Shown: positions 1 through 13,094 of the stretch, in pieces | Position numbering within the stretch: position 1 is the stretch's first letter | Layout: each line of letters opens with the position of its first letter | Assembly: GCF_036321535.1 (NCBI RefSeq) | Contig: NC_087436.1 | Span: forward strand, 100,256,001-100,320,000 | Reading direction: 5' to 3' | Length of the DNA stretch: 64,000 bases | Source of the DNA: Camelus dromedarius | Taxonomy: Eukaryota | Program-made: the position numbers and the translations under genes | The notes under the pieces: model-generated | Told to the model about the DNA's origin: nothing | What the model saw: only the letters and a program-made list of their open reading frames with translations | Databases searched by the model: none

Positions 1-709
1 CTATACTGAGATTAGGAAGCAATTATATTATTTGTTTTTGTTTTTGTTTTTTTTATTTTCCCATCTGCAGTAAACCAAGTAATGGGACAAGGCAATTCCA
101 CTAAGTGATAGGAAATTGAATTATCTATCATGACCTTAGGAAGGCAAATCCTAGTGGCAATCAGACATTATCTAAGCCCAATTTATTAAAATACATTTAA
201 TAGAGATAGCTCAAATAGGTCTATGGTGGATATAAACCACACTGAAGTATCTTAAATCAAACTAAAATATATATCATCTCTCTTCTTCTAAACTAGGCAA
301 TGTGCCTTTAAACATATTAATACTAGTTGACATGGGAATTGAAAAGTTCATGGAATACAATGACTTGAGATGGGAGTTGTTATGTTCCCTGGTATATTCT
401 TCCTAACAAGCTTAGAGGAAATTACATTTACAAGACAAGCTTTTCGTCTGTGAATTTATCATTCTGCTATACAATTAAGATTGCAGATAACGTCTCTTCT
501 TATTAAATCCTGTAAATGTGCCCAGAGGCTACTGCAAAGGGAATACCCTCAAAATGAGATCAAGAAATACATAAATAAGAAATGTGAGTTTAGTATTCAT
601 TACTCATGATTTCCAAAGTGTGCATGAGAATGAGCAGAACATTTATATTCATTCTGCTTTACTAATATTGACCTAGCAGAATGTTTTCAATACACCATTG
701 GATATCAAG

Positions 710-915
710 GACTGTAGGAAAGAAGGAACATAGAGATCACCGACCCTAGACTTTCATTTTATAGATGAAAAACAAACAGATAAATTTAAAAAAAGCAAAT
801 AAACACACAAAATCTCGAGAAAAAAGAAAACTGCATTCTGAAAATTCAGAGACCTAGTAAACGACAGAAGTGAAACTTGAATGTGAGTAAATTGTTTTTA
901 AGTTTAGAGTTCTCT
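710..915 (-). mobile_element. Degenerate MIR-family SINE fragment
   Basis: 'ttcattttatagatgaaaaa' and 'ctagtaaacgacagaagtgaaacttgaa' resemble the MIR core in reverse orientation; boundaries approximate. Confidence 0.45.
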
Positions 916-1486
916 TTACTAATTCATTGCTAATTCTTATTTTGAAATGTAATTTATTATGACCCTTACAACATGCATATCAATATTATGAACTGCCTTT
1001 AATCCCACTCTGATGACCCGATTGATAATCTGACAACTAATATTTTCATGAGAACTAAGATTTCTACACATATTCAACATATTAAATGTATATTTTTCTC
1101 TCACAACTTACAACGATAGAATTGCATTGCTCCAATAACAATTTCTCTTCTGGCCATGTGAAAAAATTGGAATTGAACATTCATATAATTTAATGTAGCA
1201 CTCGACTAAAATAAGATTGAAAAGAACACAATAATCTCAGAATGCCCAGAGCCATGAAAGGTAAGCAGGAGTATATTTTTTAGGGAGTTTTTAAATGAAA
1301 GAAATTTATATGATATTTTAATACATTGTGATTAAATACACAGGATTATGAATAAGACAAATTTGAATGATAACCCCTTCTCTATTACTATCAAAATGGT
1401 GCTGAACAGTTAGCCTAGTTTATCCTTTATTTCGTCATCTGTTTAAGTAATTATATCTTCATGAGATTGTGTGTTTGGTGTATGTC

Positions 1487-1574
1487 TGTGTGTGTGTGAG
1501 ACAGAGAGAGAAAGAGAGTGAGAGAGGAGAGACAGATAGACAGGCAGACAGACAGATGGACACAGGGAGACAGA
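1487..1574. repeat. Compound (TG)n/(AG)n/(GACA)n microsatellite
   Basis: Seen directly: tgtgtgtgtgtg-agacagagagagaaagagag...gacagatagacaggcagacagacag. Confidence 0.9.
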
Positions 1575-1620
1575 TTGGAATTGATTGCTCCCTTGTAAGC
1601 ACGCACTACATTTTGAGCAG

Positions 1621-1802
1621 ACAGCATGTTATAATGGTTTAGTTTGGTTAGAGTTGAACAAGTAAGGATTCAAATCTTGTCTTCATCACACTAGAGAAGG
1701 ATACAGCCCTAAAGGGGAAAAAAAAATAATTCCTTGAGTCTGTTTATTTGCGAGAATAATAGAGATAATTGTACATATCTGTCAGTTTTACAAGGATTGA
1801 AA
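1621..1802 (+). mobile_element. MIR SINE fragment
   Basis: 'acagcatgttataatggttt...ggattcaaatcttgtcttcatcac...gagataattgtacatatc...acaaggattgaaa' follows the MIR consensus order. Confidence 0.6.
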
Positions 1803-3385
1803 AGCTGCCTTTTAAGATACACATTGAAAAAGTCGATGTGTATCAATACTATTCGGCAAATGGGAGGTATCTCAGAACCAAAACTCTCAACATGCTCTAT
1901 AGATATTCAAATTCTTGTTTAATTTCATTCTCTCTCAAAAATTGTTTCTTCCATGAGGATCACACGTTTGTCTTATCACAAAATACAATTCTTTCCCTTT
2001 GTTACTGTTTATAATGATTATCTGGACATATAAATATGTGTAGAATTTGTAGCTTTATTCCAAAACAGTATTTACATTTGCTCTCATCCCATATGGGAAA
2101 ATGAATGTCCTTCTGGTTCAAGCATCATATTTGCACGAAGTGCCACTCACTATAATTATACTTTATTTGCAGAGAGCATTAAGATATTTACATTATTAAA
2201 GAACAAAGTCCAGTTTTTTTTGTTTGTTTGTTTTTTGTTTTTTGCTTTACCTACAGAAGTTAATGTACTTTGTAAAAAGAAAAAAATGGAAAGTAAAAAT
2301 CTTGTGGTGGAGTTTTGAAAGAATATATGAAATTATAGGATATTAATATATGGATATTCAGCTCTGTTTGGCTTCCTGAAATTGTGATGAGCATAACCCA
2401 GGTGCATGGGACACTTATCCATCCCTTCAGAACGCATGAATCCATGCCTATTATGTTCTAGGCATTTTTCCAAATACTGAAAAACAAGAATGAAAAAGAT
2501 TCAGCCCCTGTTCTGAAGTTTTCCCAGATTTATGAAGGAAACTGATATGAAAGCAAGTGCGACGAGAAAAGGGATAAGGGGCAAATGTTGTGTGAAAGGC
2601 CCTTCTGAGTTTACTTTTCCAACTTTGCTTTAGCAAGTAGGACAAAGGTCTGATTTTTGCAACCACAGTTGCTTTGCAGCGTGGTGCTTGGCAGTTAGAT
2701 TGTTTCTGAAAACCTCAATTATATGGAGAAGAGAATTTAACTAAAAAAAAAATCTGAGAGCCAGGGAGACCTTTCACAGATGAACTGTAAAGGAAATATC
2801 TCGTCTTTGCCTTTCAGCTCCCCCCGCTTGCAGTGGGCCAGGCTGAGTGGAGAGGTACCCCGACTGCTCCATTGAAGATACTGGCTTTCCAACATCACTC
2901 TGCCTCTACCTGGTACCAGAAATGTACCTGTGTCTCTTATGTTAAGTGTAAAGAACTCTTCCCAGTGTCTTTCATGTAAATGTTCCATATGTAGCATCGT
3001 TAAAAATTATTCTCTCTGTTTTGATTTGTGGGGTTTTCTTTTTTGGCTTCAAACTAAAATAGCTGAGCTAAAAATTGATGGGGTTGTCAAGAAGTTTAAA
3101 TAAGTAATACCTTTTAAGTTTTTTATATGCTTTATGGTAGTAAAACATTTTCCCCTCCATGAATTGTATTCAAAGAATGGTGGAAAGACACAATATTCCC
3201 CATTTTAAATGTGAAGATCCTAAAGACTAAGAGAAGTTCAGCTTCCACTTTGAAATACTAGGTCTAGTCATGTCTTTGATGTCATGAAAGAGCTGGGCTG
3301 TATTCTTCATTTCAGCGGCTTTTGTTAACTAAATAATGGGAAATGTTTAAGAAAGTTCATATGCCATTTTTCTTTATGGTGGGTT

Positions 3386-5310
3386 ATTCATTTTTTTTTT
3401 CATCCAAGATTTATTGAGAACCAAAGATTTAATGTCAGGGGTCAACAAAAAAGAGCAACCACAACAAAATACTCCCTGCCCTCCAAGAGCTTTTACTGTA
3501 ATCAGGGCAGAGGTTGGGGGCGGGGAGGCGGAGAACGCAGATGACAAACAAGTCAAATACAATGTTTAGCAAGTTAGGTAGAGATACTGAAGGAGGAGAA
3601 AAATAAATAAATATTAAAGCAAAAAAAGGAACGGAGTGTATCAGGGGTTGGTGTCAGTTATGAAAAGGATGTTGTGGAAAAAGTTGGCTTGATATTTGCG
3701 ACCTGTAGGAAGTGAGAAGCAGACTAGGAACACTGCATGTAGGGGACACTGCATCTGCAAAGACCCCAAGTGGGTGCATGATGGACGTTTTTTAAGGAAC
3801 AGCAAAGCAGATGGGGAAAGAAGATAAATGAAGGAGAGAAAAGAGATCAGCTCAGAAAGTTGAAAAATGAGGGTAAAGGGGCAGATGTTGTTAGGCTTTG
3901 GGGGTTTTATATTTTTGCTAAATGAAATTTGAAAAAGATGCAAGACTTTGAGTGAATTTCTAGCATAATCTAAATAAATGTTAAGATCATTACAACTGCA
4001 ATATTGGGTAATCTAGTTCATATACAGTAAAGAAGCAAGAAAAGAAACCAGGAGTTTGGAGGCTAATGCGAGAATCAAGGCAAAGGATGATGGTCATGTG
4101 AATCAAGGTAATCAAATTCTGTACATAGTTGGAAGTTAGAGCAAAACAAAGTTTTGGATTGCTTAAATTGGGAGTGAGAGATAAAAAGAGGCAAGGGTTT
4201 GTAACCTGCTCATTAGAAAGAATGAAAGTGCCATTAACTGAGAGCAGGGTACAGGACTGGAATCAAAGTTGAGGAACTCAGTTTTGGAATCATTAAATGT
4301 GAAATGCTATTAGGCATTTAAATAGATGTACTGAGTAAGTTAACATATATACTCTTCGGAAAGGAAAGTTAATAATGCAGAGGGAAGTGGGAGAGAATTG
4401 TTGGTGCAAAAATTTTGAGGCACCGAGAGGTGATGGGGTCTAGTTAGTGTTAGTTAAAAACAAGACAACAACAAACAGCCTAAAAATGGAGTTGCTTATG
4501 CTAAGCCCCAGGTCACCAATAAACAGACTACAGTTTCTGCTGTCCCAGGAATGAAATCTTAAGCCAGTTAGTTAAGATTGCCTACTCAGCACTAGTTAAG
4601 TGCTCTGCTTGAATGACCCCTTCCAACCCCTAAAAGACAGTAAACTTGTGATAACCAGCCTGCTTTTTGCTTAGTATAGCTTCCTTATTCCATCTCCCTT
4701 CTGTCTGTGTAAGTCTTTCATTTCGTATAGCTCCTTAGAGCTCCTTTCTATCTGCTAGATTGGATGCTGCCCAGTGCAAACAGATTTTTGCTCAAATTCT
4801 TAAAATGTGTAATAAGCCTCAGTTTATCTTTTAACAGTTCAAAATGAGAGTTTGGGCTTAGCTAGATTTTCATCCATAAGAAGAGAAGAGCATTCACGTA
4901 GGTATATGGGCACAAGTGTATGTAGGTGGAGTGTTTTTGCTTGTTTTTTCTATTTATTTTAGTTTTCTCATTAAAATAGGATGTACAGCCACCAGGTGAG
5001 AGTGAAGAAGAGGGATAAGCTGGTGAATAGTTGGGGAGAGGAGAGAGATCATGAAATAGATGTTTAAGAGACTGGGAGAGTGAATTCACTAACAAACAGG
5101 CATATGCTTACTAGGCAATAGTAAGAGTCTGAGATAAATGAACATGAACATTGAGTGAGACCAGTTGTATACATACAGCAGGGAGTTTAGTGAAGAGTTA
5201 GATTTAAACAGGGTTGAGGTTTGGCCATAGAAGTATAGTAAAGTTTTAGAGAGCCCAAGGAGTTGATTTCACAGACAGAGTGATTGAAATGACTATGGCA
5301 TTTAAATATG
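3386..5310 (-). mobile_element. L2 (L2a-like) LINE fragment, interrupted by an LTR at 4448-4836
   Basis: Begins with an L2 3'-end-like 'ttcatccaagatttattgag...tccctgccctccaagagctttta'. The long purine-rich L2 body resumes after the LTR ('ggggtctag' ... 'gttcaaaatgagagtttgggcttagctag', 'gtatatgggcacaag', 'gggagagtgaat'). Confidence 0.8.
4448..4836 (+). mobile_element. Solo ERV1-type LTR
   Basis: TGTTAG...TTTTAACA termini, ~390 bp, typical LTR text ('aaaaatggagttgcttatgctaagcccc', 'ctgctagattggatgctgccc'); splits an L2. TSD not clean (gttag/gttca). Confidence 0.8.
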
Positions 5311-5724
5311 ATTTTTAATCCACCTGACAATGAGCACCTGGTGATTCCTTTTGATGTGTCCAGTATTGTGTCCTGGTAGAGAGATAAGAATATGTTTTCA
5401 AGAATACATGCAAGACTTGTTCTGTGCTTGGAAGAACTGATTTCTAGCAGTCAAACCAAAATACAATAGAATTTTGAGTGAAGATTAAAAGAGAAAATAT
5501 GATTAAATAAAATTATAATTAAAGTTTTGGATAACTACGACAAATACAGATTAAATACAATTACATAATATGCACTAAATAATTGCAATAAAAACTTTTC
5601 AGCACACTAGACATTTGTGCTTTCTAATACTGAAAAATTCTACATAGTTGTATGATAGATTCATTCACTCACTCGTTCCATAAATAATTACTAGTTTTTC
5701 ACATTGTGCTAGACAATTTTATGA

Positions 5725-5897
5725 TATTTCTGTTACTTGCTGTAACAAATAAATTACCACAAACTTAATCACGTAAATCAGCACACATTTATTCTCTTAT
5801 AGTTCTGTATGTAAGAAATCCAAGACAGGTCTCACCAGGCTAAAATCGAGGTGTCAGCAAGCATGAATTTTTTTCTGGAGGCTTTAAGGAGGAATCT
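5725..5897 (-). mobile_element. MaLR LTR (MLT1C/D-like), 3' part only
   Basis: 'gctgtaacaaataaattaccacaaacttaat...atttattctcttatagttctg...ggctaaaatcgaggtgtcagca...tctggaggct' is the reverse complement of an MLT1 3' end. Confidence 0.8.
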
Positions 5898-6340
5898 GGT
5901 CATGTGGTGGTCTGATCAGCATCATCCTGACTGCTTTAAAGACAGTTAATCTTTAGTCCCAGGGTTGGTTTGCTCCCATCGCTTTGAGGCCACTTCTCAG
6001 AATTGTGACAGCTTACCTTCTAGCTACAGTCTGGTCATCACGTAGTTAACTTCCACCACCTGGTGGGAGTTTCAGTCTCTACCAAACAGCTCAAAGGATA
6101 AGGCTCAGAATGTTATCTACAGCCCTTGAGAGGAACTAAAGGCCTCTGACTTTGTTTAGTGACTCAACTATTATTATTTTGTCCTGTTTGACTGCTTTCC
6201 TTTGTGTCTGCATCTTCTCACTTCTCTGATTAAGTTTATTCTTTGGCTAAAGTTTCTCTACAGATGAAAGGCAGACAGGGGACATGAGGGCTGGGGAGGA
6301 TCTGTCCTGGGAAGGCCCCATAGGGTCCTGCTTCATTTCA
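5898..6340 (-). mobile_element. Truncated ERV1-type LTR (cetartiodactyl-like)
   Basis: Minus strand starts TGAAATGAAGCAGGACCCTATGGGGCC; the body ('agttaatctttagtcccaggg', 'cccttgagaggaactaaagg') resembles LTRs recalled from ungulate genomes; its 3' end is missing. Confidence 0.75.
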
Positions 6341-8084
6341 GTGCTGAGGGAACTGTGACCTGAAGTCTGGTGAGCTGCAGTAGAAAGAGGGATGCCACCA
6401 CATCCAGGAACAGGCTGCATCTCAAAGCACCTGGCGTATGCAAATAGGGAAACCTTACGTGAGACAGGGCTTCCTTGGGGCACCAAGGGACTTTTTTTTC
6501 TGAAGCGATCCCCTTTCTACAGTCCTTGAGAGAGGGGAGGGTCACTTCATTGCCATATTCTCTAATTTCACTTCATTGTCAAGTGCCTTCCATTTCCCTA
6601 GCCCCTGACCTGGAGGAGTTTGCAATTTCTTTCAGAGACCAGTTTACATCCAATAAAAAACTGAAATAAATACTTTTAGTTTTATAGACGACAATGACTT
6701 TACATTTGAGAGAAGATATGAGAAAGGCAAGATGTAGATCAGGGGTAAGTAATTTTGAATGCTCAAGCCTGTGTTTCTTTGAACACTTTTTTTTTCTTTA
6801 TGGTCTGTTGAGAGAGAAGTGGGGATATTGTGAGCTTCGTCAGAGAGAAGAGATTAATTTTCATTATGTTGAAGGGTTTTCTATCTTGCCTAACCTTATG
6901 AAAGCTTTGTTGCCTTCTATGGAACACCTCAGCACATTTGTAAAAGAACTCTGGCAAGCACACTTGTCTTCATCAACAGAGGCGGCAACAGTCAAGTGCT
7001 TTGTCTCTAAGTTCTGTCATCTCTCTTTCTGCTTTTTCTGCACCATATTACATAGAGCCATTGTTCAGGAACTTTCAGACATGCCCAGTGTTTCTGGCTG
7101 ACTCAAGCCAATTTGATCTTGACAATTCTTAATAATGGTGATTGCCGAAGTGAAAGTTGAGTGAGAGTTAGTCACTTTCCCAAAAGTCTCATCAAATAAA
7201 TTCTGCTTGGTATAAAACATTTATTAAACAAATACTTGCTATGAAAAAGGTTTACAGCTTGTTCAATAAGATGATGACTCCATCTTTCTGTTGTTTCAGA
7301 TTCTCCCATTATATGTATGTGTATATTTTGTATGTGAAAAGCTTACTTGTGTCAAACACTATAATACTCTGGAAGAAGGATTTAGTTAACAGAACGAGGT
7401 AACTAGAATCCTATAAATCAACAGCTGGATTTAGACACATTTTGGAATAAATTCCTTTCACTATTCCTAGAGATCCAGACCCTTAGGCTTGCTGTATACA
7501 CAAGGGTGAAAATTGTCTTGAAAATGATTTAGCCAACCCACGTGCCCTGAATATCAATCATTTTACCAATGAACATCCATTTCTAAAATCTGGTATGACA
7601 ATTAATAAGCTTCTGATATCACAAATAAAAACCATTTTCTAAAATTTACTGTAAATTTAACAAAGCTTTGATGGTTAAGACAGTTAAAATATTTACAATT
7701 CTGCCCTCTGGAGTGAGAGTTTTCTTACTGAATGCTAGATGACTTCCCAGAAAGTGGGTAAATTTCTGATTAGAATAAGACAGTTCTTGCAGTAGAGATT
7801 GACAAGGATTTATACACATATACATACACAAAACACACACACACTCACACATAAATATACTGGTGTTTTTAAAAAATTACCATAAACTTAGCATCACTTA
7901 GCATTCAATATCTAGTCATAGAAGAATCAAGAGTATGAAAATCCTCTAGTAAACATTATGAAATCACAAATTCATTTTTAAATTTGATTTAATTCAAATG
8001 AATTTGAAGTATTCAATGAGAATTACTTCCTTTCTTTTCCTGCACAACTCCTCCTTCTCTTGTTTCCTTCCTTCCTCATAATTT

Positions 8085-8410
8085 ATTTAGTGCTTACTCT
8101 GTAGCTAATTCCATATTTGGGGATCTGAAAGTAAAATAGAATTATATTTTCTCTGGAGGAACTCGAGTTGAGGAAATTAATGCAAACAAAATATTTTAAT
8201 AACCATCCAAAACATCATTTGAATACAGAATATTAGGAGAGAACATACTTTGCCTGTAAATTTCAGAGAACTCTTCATAAACTGGTTGATATTGTAAAAA
8301 TTCTTGAAAAATGAGTAGGCAGGGAAGGTCAGTCTATACAGTAGGAATTATATATGCAAAAGTATAACAATTAGAAAGAGCATGGTATGTTTAGGGAAGC
8401 AAAAAATAGT
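8085..8410 (-). mobile_element. Degenerate L2 fragment
   Basis: 'atttatttagtgcttactctgtag...tctctggaggaactc...tgcaaaagtataac...gagagcatggtatgtttaggga' is L2 3'-region-like. Confidence 0.5.
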
Positions 8411-8469
8411 TCACAATGTTTCTTGTACAACATAAGAAAATGTCAAGAGATCAAACCAGAAAGACAAGC

Positions 8470-9560
8470 CAGGGCCACCATGTCCGTATTTAAGGTTCAT
8501 ATTGTACTGTCTCTTTGATACTTTATCCAGATATCCAATTGTTTTCTCAAACTTACCATGTCCAAAATTGAGTGCTTCCTGCAATATTCTCCCTCTCATA
8601 AAATACCTATGTTCCTGTCGGTGGCTTAGACTCACAGCTGGAGTCCTCCTCTTCACCTCTGTGTCTCTTACAAGCCCATGTTGCATCTGTCAGCCATGAG
8701 TGCTGTCATCCTTTTCTCCTGACTAGTCTCCCAGCTTCCATATTTGTTGCCCTTCAGTTGTCAACACAGGAGTGAAAAACAATTCAGTTCACATTACTTC
8801 TATGCTTGAAATTTGGTACTGGCTTCTCTCCTCACTCAGGGGAAAAGGCTAAGCTCTTACACTAAGTTATAAGGTACTTCACAGTGTATTAAGCTTTGCC
8901 TTTGATCAATGATATGGAAATGACTGCTATTTTATCTCCTGTTCAGACCTCCCCCTGAATTACAGACTTGAAAGCTTCTAAATTCTCCTGCTTCCCACAT
9001 ACTTCACAAGAGTTTCTAATAGCATGTCCAGTACAATATATCCATATAACATTTTGATTTGTAACCCATTGCTTTCAATCTCTGCCTTTGCACTTTCCCT
9101 ACTTTACTGTGTAAAACCAGTCCGTACCAGTCACTCTGGTCAATAACCAGTACGCCTCATTTCTTTCTTTCCTTTGTTCCCATCTTCTTTTCCTAACCTG
9201 CCTAGAAATCCTGCTCATGCTGTGAAAGAGTCTCATCCTTTCACTGACATCCTCACAGGCGAAGACACCATCACTTCCTGTATGGTTTAGTCAAATGGTC
9301 TCCTTACCGGTTTCATTTCCTTCTGTCTTTACCTAACCCAATTACTACGTGTCTGACAGATCGAACTCTTGAGGATTTAAGTCAGATAATACCATTCCAA
9401 GCTCTAATGCAATCAAAGGTCCTCATTACATTTAAAATAGACTCAAGACTCTTTGCTATGATTTAGAAATTCCAGTATGATCAGTCCCTGTCTCATTTCA
9501 AGCTTATTTCATGATTTCCTTCTCCTCATTGTGCTCCCACAATGTTGACTATGTTTTACG
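8470..9560 (+). mobile_element. L2 fragments (probably two pieces)
   Basis: Pyrimidine-rich L2 motifs: 'ctcaaacttaccatgtccaaaattga', 'gagtcctcctcttcacctctgtgtctctt', 'tagtctcccagcttcca', 'ctcccctgaattacagact'. Confidence 0.65.
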
Positions 9561-10945
9561 AAAAAAAATTTTTTGATTCTTTTAAAATGCTTAGATCTGT
9601 TTTACTGCCAGAGGGAGGAAAAAAAAATGAGACTACTGTTTTTGAATTTGGATAAAGATAATTTTTATTTACAGAAGTGCTTTATTAGAATCACATGCAG
9701 TCAGTGCCCTCTGTTCACCACGTGTAAAACACTGTGAATGACTCACCTCTAGGCAGAAGGTGCCGTTGTCACTGCGATAACTCCTAGACATACAGAAGCA
9801 GTGCAGACAAACTATGTCAGCACAGTTTTCATATTAAAAGATAAACATGCGCTTTAAAAGGTGAAAATGGAGAAGAGGAAAATGTATGCATGCATATTAC
9901 AACAGAAGAGTAACCTTTTGTCCCCCCACTGATTAAAGATTATCCTGTCAATACTAAACCCTCAGTGTGAAATGCCCCCATTGTAATTATTATTGCCTTT
10001 TATAGTTTATTATAACCATTATTCCAGATATTTCATGAAAAAGAAGGCGGAGTTTGAAGGCCACTGACTATGAACGTATTTTTTTTTTAGCAGAAAATTG
10101 CCAAAACACTGAATAAATCTATTATATTTAGGAACTTGGGAAAATCAAAAACCTCTTGAATGATGAAACTCTCCACAATGGATACTGAAACTTAGCGGTC
10201 ATGGAAGAAGCTCAACTTCCGTCTTGGGCATTGTCATGGTTAGGAAGTGATATTTAATTAATTTTACTGATGGGAACATCCTAGTGGCACAGGTAACATC
10301 ATCTGGGTAAGTAGAGAAAGAAACTTCGTATGACTTTTCTCATGAAGTATTATTAAAAACTTCTGAAATTCAGTGACTGCCAGAAGCATTTGAAGAACTT
10401 TAAGTCGCATTATATGACAATGCAATATTTGTCACAAGAAAGGAATTTTCTAAACCAACATTATTTTACTTTAAAATCTGCCATCATAATTAGGGGATAA
10501 TTATCAAACACTTAAGAGAATCATAAGTTTCAATACATCTAAGGTCTTTTTTCTCTTTCTTTTAATGTATTATTAAATAAATGAAAGATGCTAACAACAC
10601 ATTTTAATTCAGCACTCTTTATTTCTTCTTTGTTTCTATCTTTGAATCCTTTTGCTCTTAGGGTAGTCACTTTCAAAAATTTCTTTTTTGGTGAGGCATT
10701 GTCTACCACCTTTTTAAAAAACAGTGACAACTTTTGTGTTACTGAAGGTTTCAAATTGTTGGTTAGATTTAGTACCAACTTGTAATATTTTAATTGGAAG
10801 CTAAGCTTATTTTATACTTGGATGGGGATTTTGCCAACTATAGTGTTTCAAGGACATTTAAAAATTGGTTACACTCTTCTCTTTTCTTCTTCCAATATAA
10901 CTAGATCTTCTTTGGAAGAAATTCTAATATACAGGAGTTCAGATT

Positions 10946-10965
10946 CACACACACACACACACACA
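10946..10965. repeat. (CA)10 microsatellite
   Basis: Seen directly. Confidence 0.95.
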
Positions 10966-11684
10966 ATGAAATTATTAAAGGTAACTATTTGTACTAAAAA
11001 CATATTCATAAGAGGATTGTATTGGATTGCACTTTTTTCTCAGGCATATAAAATAGGATTTCATTTTTAGAGCTAAACAGTTGTTATAAGAATTGAAATA
11101 ATGCTACAACATACTTTTACTTCAATTCAATCTTTTCATTGTTTTACTAAAATATCCAAGTCATTTATGAGATTTAAGGAAATGGCAACCATCATTCTTG
11201 TGAACATATAGATATCAGAGTACAGTATAAAGGAATGATATAAACTTATATGTATATTTGTGTTTCTTTTTGATGGCTTTCAGATTTACCCAGTTTCAAG
11301 CTTTATCCTTCATTTGATTGAGCTAATGCTCAAAAATTTCCTATTGGACTTATTCAAGCCATTTTATTTTCTATTTTTCTTTTTTTTTTCTTGATGTACA
11401 GGTGATTTTCATTTTCTATTTTCTTCCCTGCTCCTCCTCCCCAGAAAAAGAGCTACAGATTCATTGCTTAGTCTCAGTCATTATGTTCTGGAAATGAGGT
11501 TGGATTTTATCATCCAAAGGGCTCATTTGACTATCTTTACAGACACTGTATTTTACCTTTTCAGCTGATCTCCAGTATGTTGTCAAAGTCTTCTAATTAC
11601 TCACATTTCCCTTGACTTTTTCCTCTGCCATTTTCTTTCCATTAGAATTTAAAATGAACACACTTTACTGGCATTAAAGGGAGG

Positions 11685-11940
11685 GCCAGTGGTCCCTGAG
11701 AGTTAAGTGCCTGGATTCTGAAATCTTACATCCCTGCATGAAATGCTGTCTCCATCATCTAATAGCTGGGTAACCATGGATGAGTTCCTTAACACAGGTA
11801 AGAACTATGTTTTTATTTGGAAATAAGCATCATAAAAAATATTTAACCTCACAGGACCATTATTATAATTAAAAGAAATAATGTATGTTAATTTCTTTGC
11901 ATAGAGTGAGAACACACTAAGTTTTGATGAAAATATTAGA
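11685..11940 (+). mobile_element. MIR SINE, near full length
   Basis: 'gttaagtgcctggattctgaaatc...taatagctgggtaaccatggatgagttccttaac...aacctcacaggaccatt...aattaaaagaaataatgtatgt' matches the MIR layout. Confidence 0.7.
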
Positions 11941-12483
11941 GACTTTTTACAAAAGACAAACATGGAAATTATCTTGGCAAAAGTTTTAACCTATGAGTCT
12001 TCTGTTTTATTGTCATTGGATGAACTTACAAAAAAAAGGAAAGATTGATACAATCACTTTTTCTAAAATATACTTCACAGGAGAGAGCATATCTGCTAAA
12101 ACCCAGCAGTAGTAAACTGCACAATAAATCAGTGTTCCTCTTGATATTTCCTTAAAAGTGCTTCAGAATCACAAAACCTAATCAACCACATTAATGAATA
12201 CCTAAATTCCAAATGTGCCAAAATACTTTCCTGAAAACAATGCAGCAGACCGTCACAGTTGATAGCATGGAAAGAAGCAAATCTGATCTATAATTTGCTA
12301 TTTCTTATTCCTGGGATTTCTTTTGACATTTTCTCTAGGAATCAACTATAGAACTTAAAGTTGCTGAGTTATATTTTCTTGAGATGGATTTGAAAAATCA
12401 CAGCTTGATCAAAGAAAGTAAAGGGTAGAGGTTAAGTTTTGTGCATTGACTACCTTTTTGTTGTTGTTTGTTCTTACAGTAAT

Positions 12484-12946
12484 TGTGGGGCCAACTGGCA
12501 TTCTTTAAAATCCAATGACCCCCCATTCCTGAGCTCTCGGATATCTGCTTGCAATCCTCAAAAGAAAAAGTACATTCTTTACTGGGCATGTTTGCCCTAA
12601 CAAATTGATAGCCCTAGGTAATGATTAATCTCACAATAGCTCAGACTGGATTGTTTCAGCCCACCTTATCAGAGTCATAAATCCCATTAACTCTTCACAG
12701 GTCCTAAACTTGTCTCACTTACATAATCAGAGACTTGAGCACAAGCCAATCGGGCGCCTTGTGATCCCACCTTATAAAAGACCTCAACAACCAACCCTCA
12801 GGGCTCACGCAGGCACCTCTCATCTGTGTGGGCTGTCGTCTATAGCAGCCTATCTGTTACAGTTTTCCCTTTGTCTTTTAAACTTTTCTTTGTCTTTAGT
12901 AAATTATTTTACCAACCATGACACTGGCCCACCTTGTCTCCCAATA
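12484..12946 (+). mobile_element. Solo ERV LTR with CCAAT and TATA boxes
   Basis: TG start, ...CCAATA end (decayed CA), near-perfect 5-bp TSD gtaat (12479-12483)/gttat (12947-12951), CCAAT at 12746-12750, TATAAAA at 12773-12779. Confidence 0.75.
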
Positions 12947-13094
12947 GTTATGCCTCTTGAAATAGAAACTACCCCTGGAGATAAAAAAAAAATATGGCAA
13001 CTTAACAGGAGTTGTTCAGTTTGAATATGGACTGAACATTATGTCATAAAATAAATCATTGTCAGGTGGTGTCATTTTTTAGTAACCAGTGCGT

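Noticed and set aside
6694..7101. 135-aa ATG-initiated ORF in non-repeat DNA
   Set aside because: No recognisable homology or splice structure; the length is compatible with chance. The DNA may still be a conserved non-coding element.
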